Assembly: GCA_043228905.1 (NCBI GenBank)
Contig: JBHGNT010000003.1
Coordinates: forward strand, 15,314,001 to 15,378,000
Origin: Azolla caroliniana
Lineage: Eukaryota > Plantae > Polypodiophyta
Direction of reading: 5' to 3'
Length of the DNA stretch: 64,000 bases
Part shown: positions 11,296 to 23,011 of the stretch, piece after piece
Numbering within the stretch: the stretch's first letter is position 1
How the letters are laid out: the number at the start of each line of letters is the position of its first letter
Translations under genes and position numbers: made by a program
The notes under the pieces: generated by a model
Told to the model about the DNA's origin: nothing
What the model saw: only the letters and a program-made list of their open reading frames with translations
Database searches by the model: none

Positions 11296-12730
11296 CGAAG
11301 GACAGGCAGAATCCGATGTCATCTCCTAGGGCATTGCCACGTCAGATCCCGCACCGCCATATCCTAAATGCTTTCCTCGTTGTCCCGAAACCTCTACCCT
11401 TTCCAGCCCATGAGGGGTACAATCGGCCGTCCGGGTGGAAAGGGGCATGTCATCGTATGATCTCTCTCGTCCGATTGCACTCGTAGGTATTGTCCCCATA
11501 AGTGGACGAATTTCATTGCAATCCCTGGATTGGCGGCGAAGCCAGGCTTCATTTTTAACATTCAGGTCCATGCTCCAAACGAGTTGTACGATTAATGCTT
11601 TCAACGATTAATACTTTCAACACTACCTTGTCGTTGTAGTATAGTCGTGAGTATTCCCAAATATCACACAGGTGACCTAGGTTCAATCTCGAGAAATGTC
11701 GGCACGAAGGGCGGGGCGTATCCGATATCATCTCCTAAGGCATTACCGACTAGGATCCGGCACCGTGATTTCGAGCCCTTTGCAGGTTATAGTCGGTTGT
11801 CCGCGAGGCAGGGCACATGTGAACATATGATCTCTCTCGTCCGACTGCACATCTGGGTATTGCCGCCCACAAGCGGATGAATGACGTTGAAAACCTTGTA
11901 CTATCGACGAAGTCGGGCCTCGTTTTCAACATTCGGGTCCATTCTCCGAACGAGTTATACGATCGATACTGCGAACACGAGGCTATCATTGTAGTAGAGG
12001 CGTGAATATTCTCGCCTGTCACGCAGGTGACCTAGGTTCGATCCCCAGAAATGTCGGCACGAAGGGCGGGGCGTATCCGACATCATCTCCTAGGGCATTA
12101 CCGACTAGGATCCGGCACCGCGATTTCGAGCCCTTTGCAGGTTATAGTCGGATGTCCGCGAGGCAGGGCACATGTGAACATATGATCTCTCTCGTCCGAC
12201 TGCACTTCTGGATATTGCCGCCCACAAGCGGATGAATGACGTTGCAAACCTTGTACTATCGACGAAGTCGGGCCTCGTTTTCAACATTCGGGTCCATTCT
12301 CCGAACGAGTTATACGATCCATACTGCGAACACGAGGATGTCATTGTAGTAGAGGCGTGAATATTCTCACCTATCATGCAGGTGACCTAGCTTCGATCCC
12401 CAGCAACGGCGAGAACAGCTGTGCGAATCCAACGTCATCTCCTAGGGCATTGCCGCCTCAGATCCCACACCACTATTCCCTTAATGCTTTCCTTGTTCTC
12501 CCGAATACTCTACCCCTTTCCAGCCCATGGGCGGTACAGAAGATCAACCGGGAGGAAGGGCGCATGTCATCGTATAATCTCTCTCGTGGGACTGCACTCA
12601 CCGGTATTGTCCCCATAAGCAGAAGAATTTCATTGCAAACCGTGTACTGGCGACGAAGATGGGCCTCTTCTTAAACATTCAGGTCCATGGTCCGAACGAG
12701 TTACACCATCGATACTTCCAACACGACGAT

Positions 12731-12802
12731 GTCGTTGTAGTATAGTGGTGAGTATTCCCGCCTGTCACGCGGGTGACCCGGGTTCGATCCCCGGCAACGG
12801 CG
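12731..12802 (+). tRNA. tRNA-Asp-GTC: tRNA-Asp(GUC), intact
   Basis: Identical to 8170-8241. Confidence 0.95.
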
Positions 12803-13865
12803 CGAAGGACAGGGAGAATCCGATGTCATCTCCTAGGGCATTGCCACGTCCGATCCCGCACCGCCATATCCTAAATGCTTTCCTCGTTCTCCCGAAAACT
12901 CTACCCTTTCCAGCCCATGAGGGGTACAATCGGTCGTCCGAGTGGAAAGGCGCATGTCATCGTATGATCTCTCTCGTCCGATTGCACTAGTAGGTATTGT
13001 CCCCATAAGCGGACGAATTTCATTGCAATCCCTGTACTGGCGGCGAAGCCAGGCTTCATTTTTAACATTCAGGTCCATGCTCCAAACGAGTGGTACGATT
13101 AATACTTTCAACACTACCTTGTCGTTGTAGTATAGTCGTGAGTATTCCCGAATATCACACAGGTGACCTAGGTTCGATCCCCAGAAATGTCGGCACGAAG
13201 GGCGGGGCGTATCCGATATCATCTCCTAGGGCATTACCGACTAGGATCCGGCACCGCGATTTCGAGCCCTTTGCAGGTTTTAGTCCGTTGTCCGCGAGGC
13301 AGGGCACATGTGAACATATGATCTCTCTCGTCCGATTGCACTTCTGGGTATTGCCGCCCACAAGCGGATGAATGACGTTGCAAACCTTGTACTATCGACA
13401 AAGTCGGGCTTCGTTTTCAACATTCGGGTCCGTTCTCCGAACGAGTTATACGATCGATACTACGGACACGAGGATGTCATTGTAGTAGAGGCGTGAATAT
13501 TCTCGTCTGTCACGCAGGTGACCTAGGTTCGATCCCCAGCAACGGCGAGAACAGCTGTGCGAATCCAACGTCATCTCCTAGGGCATTGCCGCCTCAGATC
13601 CCACACCACTATTCCCTCAATGCTTTCCTTGTTCTCCCGAATACTCTACCCCTTTCCAGCCCATGGGCGGTACAGAAGATCAACCGGGAGGAAGGGCGCA
13701 TGTCATCGTATGATCTCTCTCGTGCGACTGCACTCACCGGTATTTTCCCCATAAGAGACGAATTTCATTGCAAACCCTGTACTGGCGACGAAGATGGGCC
13801 TCTTCTTAAACATTCGGGTTCATGGTCGGAACGAGTTATACCATCGATACTTCCAACATGACGAT

Positions 13866-13937
13866 GTCGTTGTAGTATAGTGGTGAGTATTCCCGCCTGT
13901 CACGCGGGTGACCCGGGTTCGATCCCCGGCAACGGCG
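13866..13937 (+). tRNA. tRNA-Asp-GTC: tRNA-Asp(GUC), intact
   Basis: Identical to 8170-8241. Confidence 0.95.
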
Positions 13938-14395
13938 CGAAGGACAAGGAGAATCCGATGTCATCTCCTAGGGCATTGCCACGTCCGATCCCGCATCGCC
14001 ATACCCTAAATGCTTTCCTCGTTCTCCCGAATACTGTACACCTTTCCAGCCCATGGGCGGTACAGAAGATCAACCGGGCCTCGTTTTCAAGTATTCCCGA
14101 ACATCTCCTAGGGCATTGCCGTCTCAGATCCCACACCACTATTCCCTCAATGCTTTCCTTGATCTCCCGAATACTCTACCGCTTTCTAGCCCATGGGCGG
14201 TACAGAAGATCAATCGGGAGGAAGGGCGCATGTCATCGTATGATCTCTCTCGTGCCACTGCACTCACCGGTATTGTCCCCATAAGCAGACCAATTTCATT
14301 GCAAACCGTGTACTGGCGACGAAGATGGGCCTCTTCTTAAACATTCGGGCCATGCTCCGAACGAGTTATACCATCGATACTTCCAACACGACGAT

Positions 14396-14467
14396 GTCGT
14401 TGTAGTATAGTGGTGAGTATTCCCGCCTGTCACGCGGGTGACCCGGGTTCGATCCCCGGCAACGGCG
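14396..14467 (+). tRNA. tRNA-Asp-GTC: tRNA-Asp(GUC), intact
   Basis: Identical to 8170-8241. Confidence 0.95.
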
Positions 14468-16697
14468 CGAAAGACTGGGAGAATTCGATGTCATCTCCTA
14501 GGGCATTGCCACGTGAAATCCCACACCGTCATATCCTCAATGCTTTCCTCGTTCTCCAGAATCCTCTACCCCTTTCCAGCCCTTGGGGTGTACAGACGAT
14601 CAACCGGGAGGAAGGGCACATGTCATCGTAAGATTGCTCTCGTGCGACTGCACTCACCGGTATTGTCCCCATAAGCGGACGAATTTCATTGCAAACCGTG
14701 TACTGGCGATGAAGATGGGCCTCTTTTTAAACATTCGGGTCCATGCTCCGAACGAGTTATACCATCGATACTTCCAACACGACGATGCCATTGTAGTATA
14801 GTGGTGAGTATTCCCGCCTATCATACAGGTGACCCGGGTTCTATCCCCGGCAACCGCGCGAAGGAGAGGGAGAATCCGATGTCATCTCCTAGGGCATTGC
14901 CACGTCAGATCCCGCACCGCCATATCCTAAATGCTTTCCTTGTTCTCCCGAAACCTTTACCCTTTCCAGCCCTTGGGGGGTACAATCGGTCGTCCGGGAG
15001 GAAGGTCACATGTCATCGTATGATCTCTCTCGTCCAACTGCACTCGTAGGTATTGTCTGGCAACATCGGCGCCATTGGAGGGGCGTATCCGATGTCATCA
15101 CCTAGGGAATTGCCGCCTAGGATCCCGCACCGCCAGATCGTCAATGCTTTCATCGATTCCCCAAATTGTCTACCCATTTCTGGCCCTTTGCGGGGTATAG
15201 TCGGTTGTCCGCCTATGATCTCTCTCATTCGGGTTCGATCCGATGTCATCTCCTAGGGCATTGCTGCCTAGTATGCCGCAACACCATATCCTCAATGCTT
15301 TCCTCGTTCCTCTGAATCTTGTACCCCTTTCGAGCCCTTGTGGGGTACAATTGGTCATTCGGGCACATGTCATTATAAAATCTCTCGTCGAGCTGCAGTA
15401 CCGGATATTGTCGCCCATAAGCGGACGAAATTCTTTGCAAGCCCTGTACTGCCGACGAAGCCGGTCCTCGTTTTTGACATTCGGGTCCCTGCTCCGAACG
15501 AGTTTTACAATCGATACTTCCAACACGAGGATGTGGTTGTAGTAGTGGTGATTATTCTCGCTTGTGGCGCGGTCGATAGGGGTTCGATTCCTGTGAATGG
15601 CGGAATGAATCCGATATCATCTCCTAGGGCATTGCCGCTTAGGATAACGCACCACCATATCCTACATGGTTTGCTCATACCGCCGATAAGCGGACGAATT
15701 TCGTTGCAACCCCTGTACTGCCGACGAAGTCTAGCCTCGTTTTCGACATTCGGGTCCATGCTCCGAACGAGTTGTATGATCGATACTTCCCACACAACGA
15801 TGTCGTTGTAGTATAGTGGTGAGTATTCCTGCCTGTCACACGGGTGACGTGGCTTTGATGCCCGGCAATGGCCTAAAGGGTGGGGCAAATCCGATGTGAA
15901 CTCCTAGGGCATTACCGCCTAGCCTCCGGCACCGACATATCCTCAATACTTTCCTCATTCCCCTGAATCCTGTACCCCTTTCGAGCCCTTGGGGGGTACA
16001 ATCCGTCGTCCGTGAGGCAAGGTGCATGTCATCATAAAATCTCTCATCCGACTCTACTATAAGGAATTTCGTTGCAACTCTTGCACTGCCGACGAAGACT
16101 GGCCTCTTTTTGACATTCGGGTACATGGTCCGACCGAGTTGTACGATCGATACTTCCCACACAACAATGTCGTTGTTGTATAGTGGTGAGTATTCCTGCC
16201 TGTCACACGGCAGGTCGCATACCCTCAAATAATCTCTCGTCTGACTGCACTACTAGGTATTGTCGCCCATAAGCAGACGAATTTCGTTGCAACCCTTGGA
16301 CTGCTGACGAAGACGGGCTTCATTTTTGACATTCGGGTCCATATTCCGAACGAGTTGTACGATCGATACTTCAAAACAAGAGGATGTCGTTGTAATATAG
16401 TGGTGCGTATTCTTGCCGGTCACGCGGGTGACACGGGTTCGATCCCTGGTAATGGCACAAAGGGAGGGGCAAATCCGATGTCATCTCCTACGGCATTGCC
16501 GCCTAGGTTCCCGCACCGCAATATCCTCAATGCTTTCCTATACCCCTTTCGAGCAGTTGGGGGGTACAGTCGGTAGAGCGCATATCGTCATATGATATCT
16601 CGTCGGACTGCACTCCTGGGTATTGCGGACAAATTTTATTTCTACCCATGGATTGGAAACGAAACCGGACCTCGTATTCGACAGTCGGGTCGATCAA

Positions 16698-17071
16698 TGT
16701 TAATCCTAGGGCCGGACAACAGCCTAACACAGGTTGTCCACTTAAGACACTTCACCAAAGGGTGTTACGGCAGGATGACTTACGACACAACTGAAAGATT
16801 AAGGCAATAAGTTCTATTAATTATCCGTTGTTGATTACATTGTAACCGGGCCTTTATATAGGTCTCCGGTGCGAAGTACAAAACGGTGCCAACCGGCACC
16901 TTTTCGGGATCGGTCCGAATCCGGATCGGCATACCGATTCCGGTTCGTCCGTCCACATCATCTCATATATTAATATATATTAAGACTACTAATTACAACA
17001 GTTCCCGAATAAACTATTCCTTTCACACTCTGGTCTGGACCTTCTTAAGCCTTCTTGCCGGCCGGGTAACA
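16698..17071 (-). repeat. LTR type A
   Basis: Reverse complement of 41522-41959 (minus a ~70-bp block); TGTTACCCGGCCGG...GGATTAACA, TATATAAA. Confidence 0.9.
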
Positions 17072-17073
17072 CA

Positions 17074-17089
17074 TGGCACGCCCGTGGGA
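17074..17089 (-). promoter_or_regulatory. tRNA-Arg 3'-end copy (TCCCACGGGCGTGCCA) at the PPT position
   Basis: Plus strand TGGCACGCCCGTGGGA, 2 nt from LTR-A; resembles the plant tRNA-Arg(UCU) 3' end plus CCA as I recall it. Confidence 0.7.
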
Positions 17090-19090
17090 GAGTGCCTTGC
17101 ACGTCGATCCCACATGCCTTGATGATGATATTTCTTCGACCGGAACTTCTATCGGTCCTTTCAACGATCGACTCCCTCGATCGGAGTGCTTGACTCGAAC
17201 ATATTTGTCGGTCAGCAAATCTTTCTGCGACATGAACATTCTCGTTCTGTCGGCTTACGAACTTCTTCCTGGGTCCAAAATCATGTCGTGTATATGTATG
17301 TTCTTCCTTTGTTTTGAGTGTGTGTGAGTAGTCTTGGGGATTTCCAAAATTTTAGTGGTGCCTTTTTTTTATTTAAATTTTCATATGCACCCTCGAGTTT
17401 TGAAAATTTCATTCAGTACCCCCAAGTTTCTGAAATTTTAGGCTGCTACCCTCAACATTTTAAAATTTCTTCGCATGCCCCTCTCTCCTCTTTTTCCCTG
17501 TCATTTTTTTTTTTTAGTGTTTGTCTTCCTACGTTCTCTCCTGCGTGTTGTCTACATCTTCTTCCTCCTTGGTGTTAACCGTTGCTTCTTCTCTTCCTCC
17601 TGTCTTTCTTTTCCTCCTCTCTCTTTCTTCTTCTATCTCTGTTTCTTCCACTTCGTGTATGTCTGTTCATGCCTTTCTCTTCTTCCATGACATCTTCTTT
17701 TTCTTCCTTCTCTGTTCTTCTTCTTCCTTGCATTTCTCTTCTCTCTTCTTCTTATTTTCTGTATGTCTGCCTCTTTCTTCTCTGCGTTCTTTTTGTTTTG
17801 GTTGTCATGGTTGGTCGTCTGTCCAGCCCGTTTGGCCACTCCGGCCACTGTTCGGCTATTAGGGCCGCTTCGGCCGCTCCTCGGCCACTCCTCGGCCACT
17901 CTTTGGCCGCTCTTCCGTCTCCATCTCTCGCCGTTTCGACCGGTTTCCGGCCCTTCTGGCCGCTCTTTCCGCTGTCTGGCCCGTTTGGCCATGTCTGTCA
18001 AGTCCATCTCCAGATGTCTCTGTCACCGACCTTGTCGGCCCTATTCGGCCGTCGGTTTTGGCCGAGGTCCGTCGCTTTTCACCATCAATGTCGTTGTTTC
18101 GGCCGTCTTTGTCCAGCGTTTCTCTGGCCGGTTGTACGGTGACTTCGTCATCGTTCCGGTCGCCATCGTTTGTTTGGCGACCGATGCGGCTTCATCCGAC
18201 CCTTGTCTGAGCCTCCGGCCGCTTCGGTTGCTACAACCACTGTCCGGCTATTCCAACCATTCCGACTGTTGCCCGACTGCTCTTAAGCCGTTGTTCGGCC
18301 ATTCCGGCAACTGTTATCCGCTCCGGTTGCTGTCGGTTGGTGGTGACCATTCATGACGCCTTTCTCGTCGTCGCCAGCCCTATCCGGCCGGCCTTGAGTC
18401 GCATGGCCGCTCTGTTCAGTCGTCACTATCCGAGCGTTCTTCTGGCCTACGTTTTGACCGCGGTTCAGCTGTGTCTAACCGTTCTGTTCTTGGTTGTTGT
18501 CCATTAGTTGGTCGTGCCGGCTGTCAGTCTCTGACAATATCTTTCCGGTCCTTCGTTCATTCTTCCGTCCATCCGTTCGGCCGTTTCCGATCATGAAGTC
18601 GCTCTTCAACGGTCTTTGTCTCTTCGCATATTTGTCGTTGTTGACCTTGTCCGACTGTCTTCGTTCATCCATGCCTGGTCGTTGTTGGTCTTCATAGTCA
18701 CTATCTTTGTTGGCTCTATTTGGCCGGTCTCTTTCCACTGTTCGACCGTCGGTTTGGCCGCCGCTTGCCGGCCTCTCCGGCCTTTTCTGTCTATGCCTCG
18801 GCCGTTGTCAAGCTACCACTCCGTATAGGACTCCATCACCATCTCTGTTGGTTTCCGTCCATTCGAGTCCGCGTCTGTGTCTCTTCTCTGTCTTCTATGG
18901 TCCTTCGGTGTTAAGCAACTCTGGTTCTTGTTCCGATTCCGGTTCCGACTCTCTTGCGTTGTTTCTTCTGGAACCATTCCCGTGCATTCTCAGCACATCC
19001 TACCAGTCTCCGCTCCACACACTGCGACTTTCTCCGCAGTTTCCTGGTGGGCTTCTCTTTCCGGTCGTGCTGGCCAGGGTTCCCTTTGCG

Positions 19091-19350
19091 TTGCTGTTTG
19101 TCCAGCCGTGCATCTTGCACCACGCTTTTGAGAACACACACATTGTCGCAAACCGCTTTCGGAAACACGCACATGGACACTAATCGCAACCTCGCACAAA
19201 CATTGTTGCCATTCATGCATTGCTGTTTGTCCAGCCGTGCATCTTGCACCACGCTTTTGAGAACACACACATTGTCGCAAACCGCTTTCGGAAACATGCA
19301 CATGGACACTAATCGCAACCTCGCACAAACATTGTTGCCATTCATGCATT
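19091..19350. repeat. 129-bp tandem duplication
   Basis: TTGCTGTTTGTCCAGCC... starts at 19091 and 19220, nearly identical. Confidence 0.9.
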
Positions 19351-19477
19351 CCTCCATAGACTTCTTCCAACATCTTCACCGTCATTTTCGCGTTTCGCCA
19401 TTTCTTGCAGTTAGTCACTATGGCTTGCACATCTGCGTATCATTCTTCGACTCCGTCTCCAAAGGGGGGTCGCCTTA

Positions 19478-19487
19478 GTGGTCGCCA
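19478..19487 (-). promoter_or_regulatory. PBS TGGCGACCAC (probably tRNA-Arg(UCG))
   Basis: 8 nt after LTR-B; same motif 7 nt after LTR-A at 41967. Confidence 0.65.
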
Positions 19488-19495
19488 AAAGGCGT

Positions 19496-19700
19496 TGTAT
19501 GTTTTAGGGTTAACATTTATGATGATTGGTGATAAGCATTGAGAGATTGATTATGATATTGATAGTTATGAAGATGGAAATGGTGATGGCGATAAGAATC
19601 ATTGTGGGTGATAGCATGATGTGCATTGAGAAGCATTGCGGGGTGGGGGGTGGTGCCTAGAATGGCTCCACCCCCCTCCCAAGGGGGTTCAACGTAAGGG

Positions 19701-19731
<31 letters not shown>

Positions 19732-20025
19732 GTCAAAGAGAGAGAGAGAGAGAAAATGATTACATGTTTCATTCATTCCCCATAAGGGGTTAAATAGTAC
19801 AAGAGGGGGTAGATACATAGGGGTGTAAGTCCCCTCGAGCATTCATACTGGACACTCACTCACACTTTCTCGTATCCATCCACATGCACACACATGTGCA
19901 TGTGTTCACATACGTATAGACTCACAATTACATTTATGCCCCCTACACATACACAACAACATCATGATAACATTCGAACCTCGCTCATCACACTTGACTC
20001 TCCGTACATCTCGTACGGGGTAACA
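19496..20025 (-). repeat. LTR type B
   Basis: Reverse complement of 43966-44478; TGTTACCCCGTACG...AAACATACA, TATTTAA, (CT)n. Confidence 0.85.
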
Positions 20026-21165
20026 ATCAATACATGGCACATCTCATCATATAATGTATCGTCCGATTGCACTCCTGGGTATTGCCGCCCATAAGCGGAC
20101 GATTTTCTTTGCAACCCAAGTACATGCAGGCGACGAAACCGGCCCTCGTTTTCGACATTCATGTCGATGAATATTTCCAACATGAGGATGTCGTTGTAGT
20201 CTACTGGTGAGTATTCCTACTTGTCACGCGGGTCACCTGGCTTCGATCCCCGACAACGACGCGAAGGGCATTGCCGCCTAGGATCCCGCACTGCCATATC
20301 CTCTATGCTTTCCTCGTCTCCCTCGATCCTCTACCGCTTTCGACCCCTTGGGGAATATAGTCGGTCGTCCCCGAGGTAGGGCGCATATCATCATATGATC
20401 TCTTGTTCGACTGCACTCCGGGGTATTACCGCATGTAAGCCGACGAATTTCGTTGCAACCCGTGTTTGTCGACAAGGTCGGCCCTTGTTTTCGACATTCG
20501 GGTCCATGCTCAAAACAAGTTGTAGGATTGATATTTCCAACACGAGGATGTCGTTGTAGTATAGCAGTGACTATTCCCGGTTGTCACGCGGGTGACCCAG
20601 GTTCGATCCCTGGCAACGGGGCGAATCCGATGTCATCTCCTAGGCCATTGCCCCCTCGGATCCCGCACCGCCATATCCTTAATGCTTTCCTCGTTCCCTC
20701 AAATCTTGTACCCCTTTCGAGCCCTTGGGGGGTACAATCGTTCGTCCGCGAGGAAAGGCACATGTCGTCATATAATCTCTTGTCCGAGAGCAGTACTAGG
20801 TATTGTTGCCCATAAACAGACCAATTTTGTTGCAAGCCCCGTACTGCCGAAGAAGCTGGGTCTCATTTTCGAAATTCGAGTCAATACGATCGATACTTCT
20901 AATACTAGGATGTCGTTGTAGTATAGTGGTGAGTATTCCCGCCTATCACGCCAATGACCCGGGTTCGATCCCCGGCAATGGCACGAAGGGCGGGGTGAAT
21001 CTGATGTCATCTTCTAGGGCATTGCCGCCTAGAATCCCGCACCGCCATATCCTCCATGGTTTCCTCGTTCCCCTGACTCATCTACCCCTTACGAGCCCAT
21101 GGGGGGTCCAATCGGTCGTCCGCGAGGCAGGGCGCATATCATCATATGATCTCTCTCGTCCGAAT

Positions 21166-21325
21166 GCAGTTCTAGGTATTGCTGCCCATAAGCGGAAGAA
21201 TTTCGTTGTAGTTCTAGGTATTGCCGCCCATAAGCGGACAAATTTCGCTTCACTTCTAGGTATTGCTGCTTATGAATTTCGCTGCACTTCTAGGTTTTGC
21301 TGCCCATAAGCAGACGAATTTCACT
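21166..21325 (+). repeat. ~41-bp minisatellite (4 units) derived from part of the array monomer
   Basis: TTCTAGGTATTGCYGCCCATAAGCGG...AATTTCG repeated. Confidence 0.75.
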
Positions 21326-21725
21326 GCAACCCGTATACTTGCGACAAAAACGGGCCTCATATTCAACATTTCATCAATCGATACAACGAACATGAGTATA
21401 TCGTTGTAGTATAGTGGTGAGTATTCTAGCTTATCATGGAGGTGACCCGGGTTCGATCCCTGGCAACAACGCGAAGGCGAATCCGATGTCATTGGCTAAG
21501 GCGTTGCAGCCTAGGTACCCGCACTACCATATCCTCAATGCTTTTCTCCTTCCCCTGGATTCTCTACCGCATTCCAGGCATTGGGGGGTACAGTCGGTCG
21601 TTCCCTAGGTAGGGCGCATGTCATCATAAAACCTCTCGTCTGACTGCACTACTAGGTATTGTGGCTAATAAGCGGACGAATTTCGTTGCAACCCCTGTAC
21701 TAACGACGAAGCTTGGCCTCGTTTT

Positions 21726-23011
21726 TTAAAGCACTACACGCTCCCAAAAAACAACGCTCGGCCAAAACCGAGTCTAGCATAAAAAAAACCAACGTCTCCC
21801 AGCTATTTGGGAGGGAACTGAGCAGGAGTAGTGCTAGTACCTCATCGGCGAGAGGTACTTCCATTGATGTTGCCTGGTGGATCAGCCCCTGGAAGGCATT
21901 CATGTGCTCCACCATGCTGGAGCCATCTTGGTACCGGAGTCTTACTAGCTTCCGAAATACCGAAACCTGATTAACAACATTTTTGTTCTAAAACATAATG
22001 TCGATCTTCTCCTGGAGCTCATGAGTCTTGCTCTCTTCATTGAAGTTGTTGTATAGACTCATGTCGATGAAGCATTGTATGTACGCCGTTGTCTTTATGT
22101 GCATCACCTCCCATATCGTGGCGTCGATTTTGTCCGGTCTCTTGTCCCTGAACTAAACCGGCAACCAAAGATCTATAACCACGAGCATGTCCCTCATCTT
22201 CGACTTCCACACCAAATAGTTGGAGCCGGTGAGCTTGAACATGCCTCCCAACGAATCGTCCATTTTTCTGTGTCGTTTCGCTCTGATACCACTTTGAAAG
22301 GACTACACGATCCCGAAAAACAACGCTAGGCCACAACCGAGTCTAGGATAATAATAAAAACACACAGAAAATGGGTAAGGAATGCACGACATAGTGAAGA
22401 GAAGAGTACACAGGATGTTAATGTGGAAAACCCAAAGTAGGGAAAAACCACGGCAGGCCGCAGACTGCAAACTATCACTATATCACAATGTACAATAGTA
22501 AAGCACCAAGTCAACGACCTCGAGCTTGCTATCTTCGCCACAGGCGGCGGTTACAACAGAGGCAATGACCTCTTCCTCTCTCTCTCTCTCTCTGTACACA
22601 GTTACGCACTCAAATCTTGCACCAACAAGAATGACCACTCTCGTCTCCTCTAAGTTTGCCCTAAGTCATATTTATACTAAAATGACTTTTCGGCTATTTG
22701 AAAATATAGCCACGATGGACTCTCAGAAACATATTTACGAATATGTCCCTTCATCCGGTGAGCACTTCTCACTGAGCCTTCACCATCCGGCTCTCACCGG
22801 GCCTTCCTTGCTGGGTACTTGTCATCCGGTTCTCACCGGGTCTTCCGTTGCCGGGTACTCGTCATCCGGTTGTCATCGGGTCTTCCGTTGCCAGGTACTC
22901 GTCATCCGGTTCTCACCGGATCTTCCGTTGCCGGGCACTCCACATCCGGATTCGGCCTAGGCCGAGCACTGTTCTTCTCACTTCCCATCCAGAGGGACCT
23001 GTTTCCTAACA
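21726..23011 (-). mobile_element. Internally deleted Ty1/Copia element, TSD GTTTT
   Basis: 5' LTR 22295-23011, PBS TGGTATCAGAGC (22280-22291, tRNA-iMet), gag fragment (ALLLLSSLPNSWETLV), ~65-bp 3' LTR remnant at 21726; GTTTT on both sides. Confidence 0.85.
22781..22950. repeat. 40-bp tandem repeat (x4) inside the Copia LTR
   Basis: GTCATCCGGTTCTCACCGGGTCTTCCGTTGCCGGGTACTC at 22821, 22861, 22901. Confidence 0.9.

Larger units (their letters stand above)
5280..11300 (+). repeat. 1527-bp higher-order repeat (391+390+355+391 bp), about 4 copies
   Basis: tRNA heads at 8170, 8561, 8951, 9306, 9697; the ORF track repeats at exactly 1527 bp (5609/7136/8663/10190). Confidence 0.95.
16698..20025 (-). 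mobile_element. Non-autonomous LTR element with two different LTRs (5' LTR-B, 3' LTR-A), TSD ATCAA
   Basis: TG...CA ends, ATCAA at 16693-16697 and 20026-20030; internal region is the reverse complement of 41960-43965; no coding domain recognised. Confidence 0.85.

Noticed and set aside
5280-14800. Cluster of independent SINE insertions, or organellar tRNA transfer
   Set aside because: No A-tails or TSDs, strict head-to-tail order, and the tRNA is cytosolic type rather than plastid or mitochondrial trnD
19461-19470. AAAGGGGGG as the true PPT of the A/B family
   Set aside because: About 25 nt from the LTR and on the strand opposite to integrase and the TATA boxes; kept only as the alternative that would refute dual priming
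17318-19478. Overlapping ORFs up to ~200 aa (also 42653-43555)
   Set aside because: Low-complexity CT/GA and CGGCC-rich sequence lacking stops; no domains
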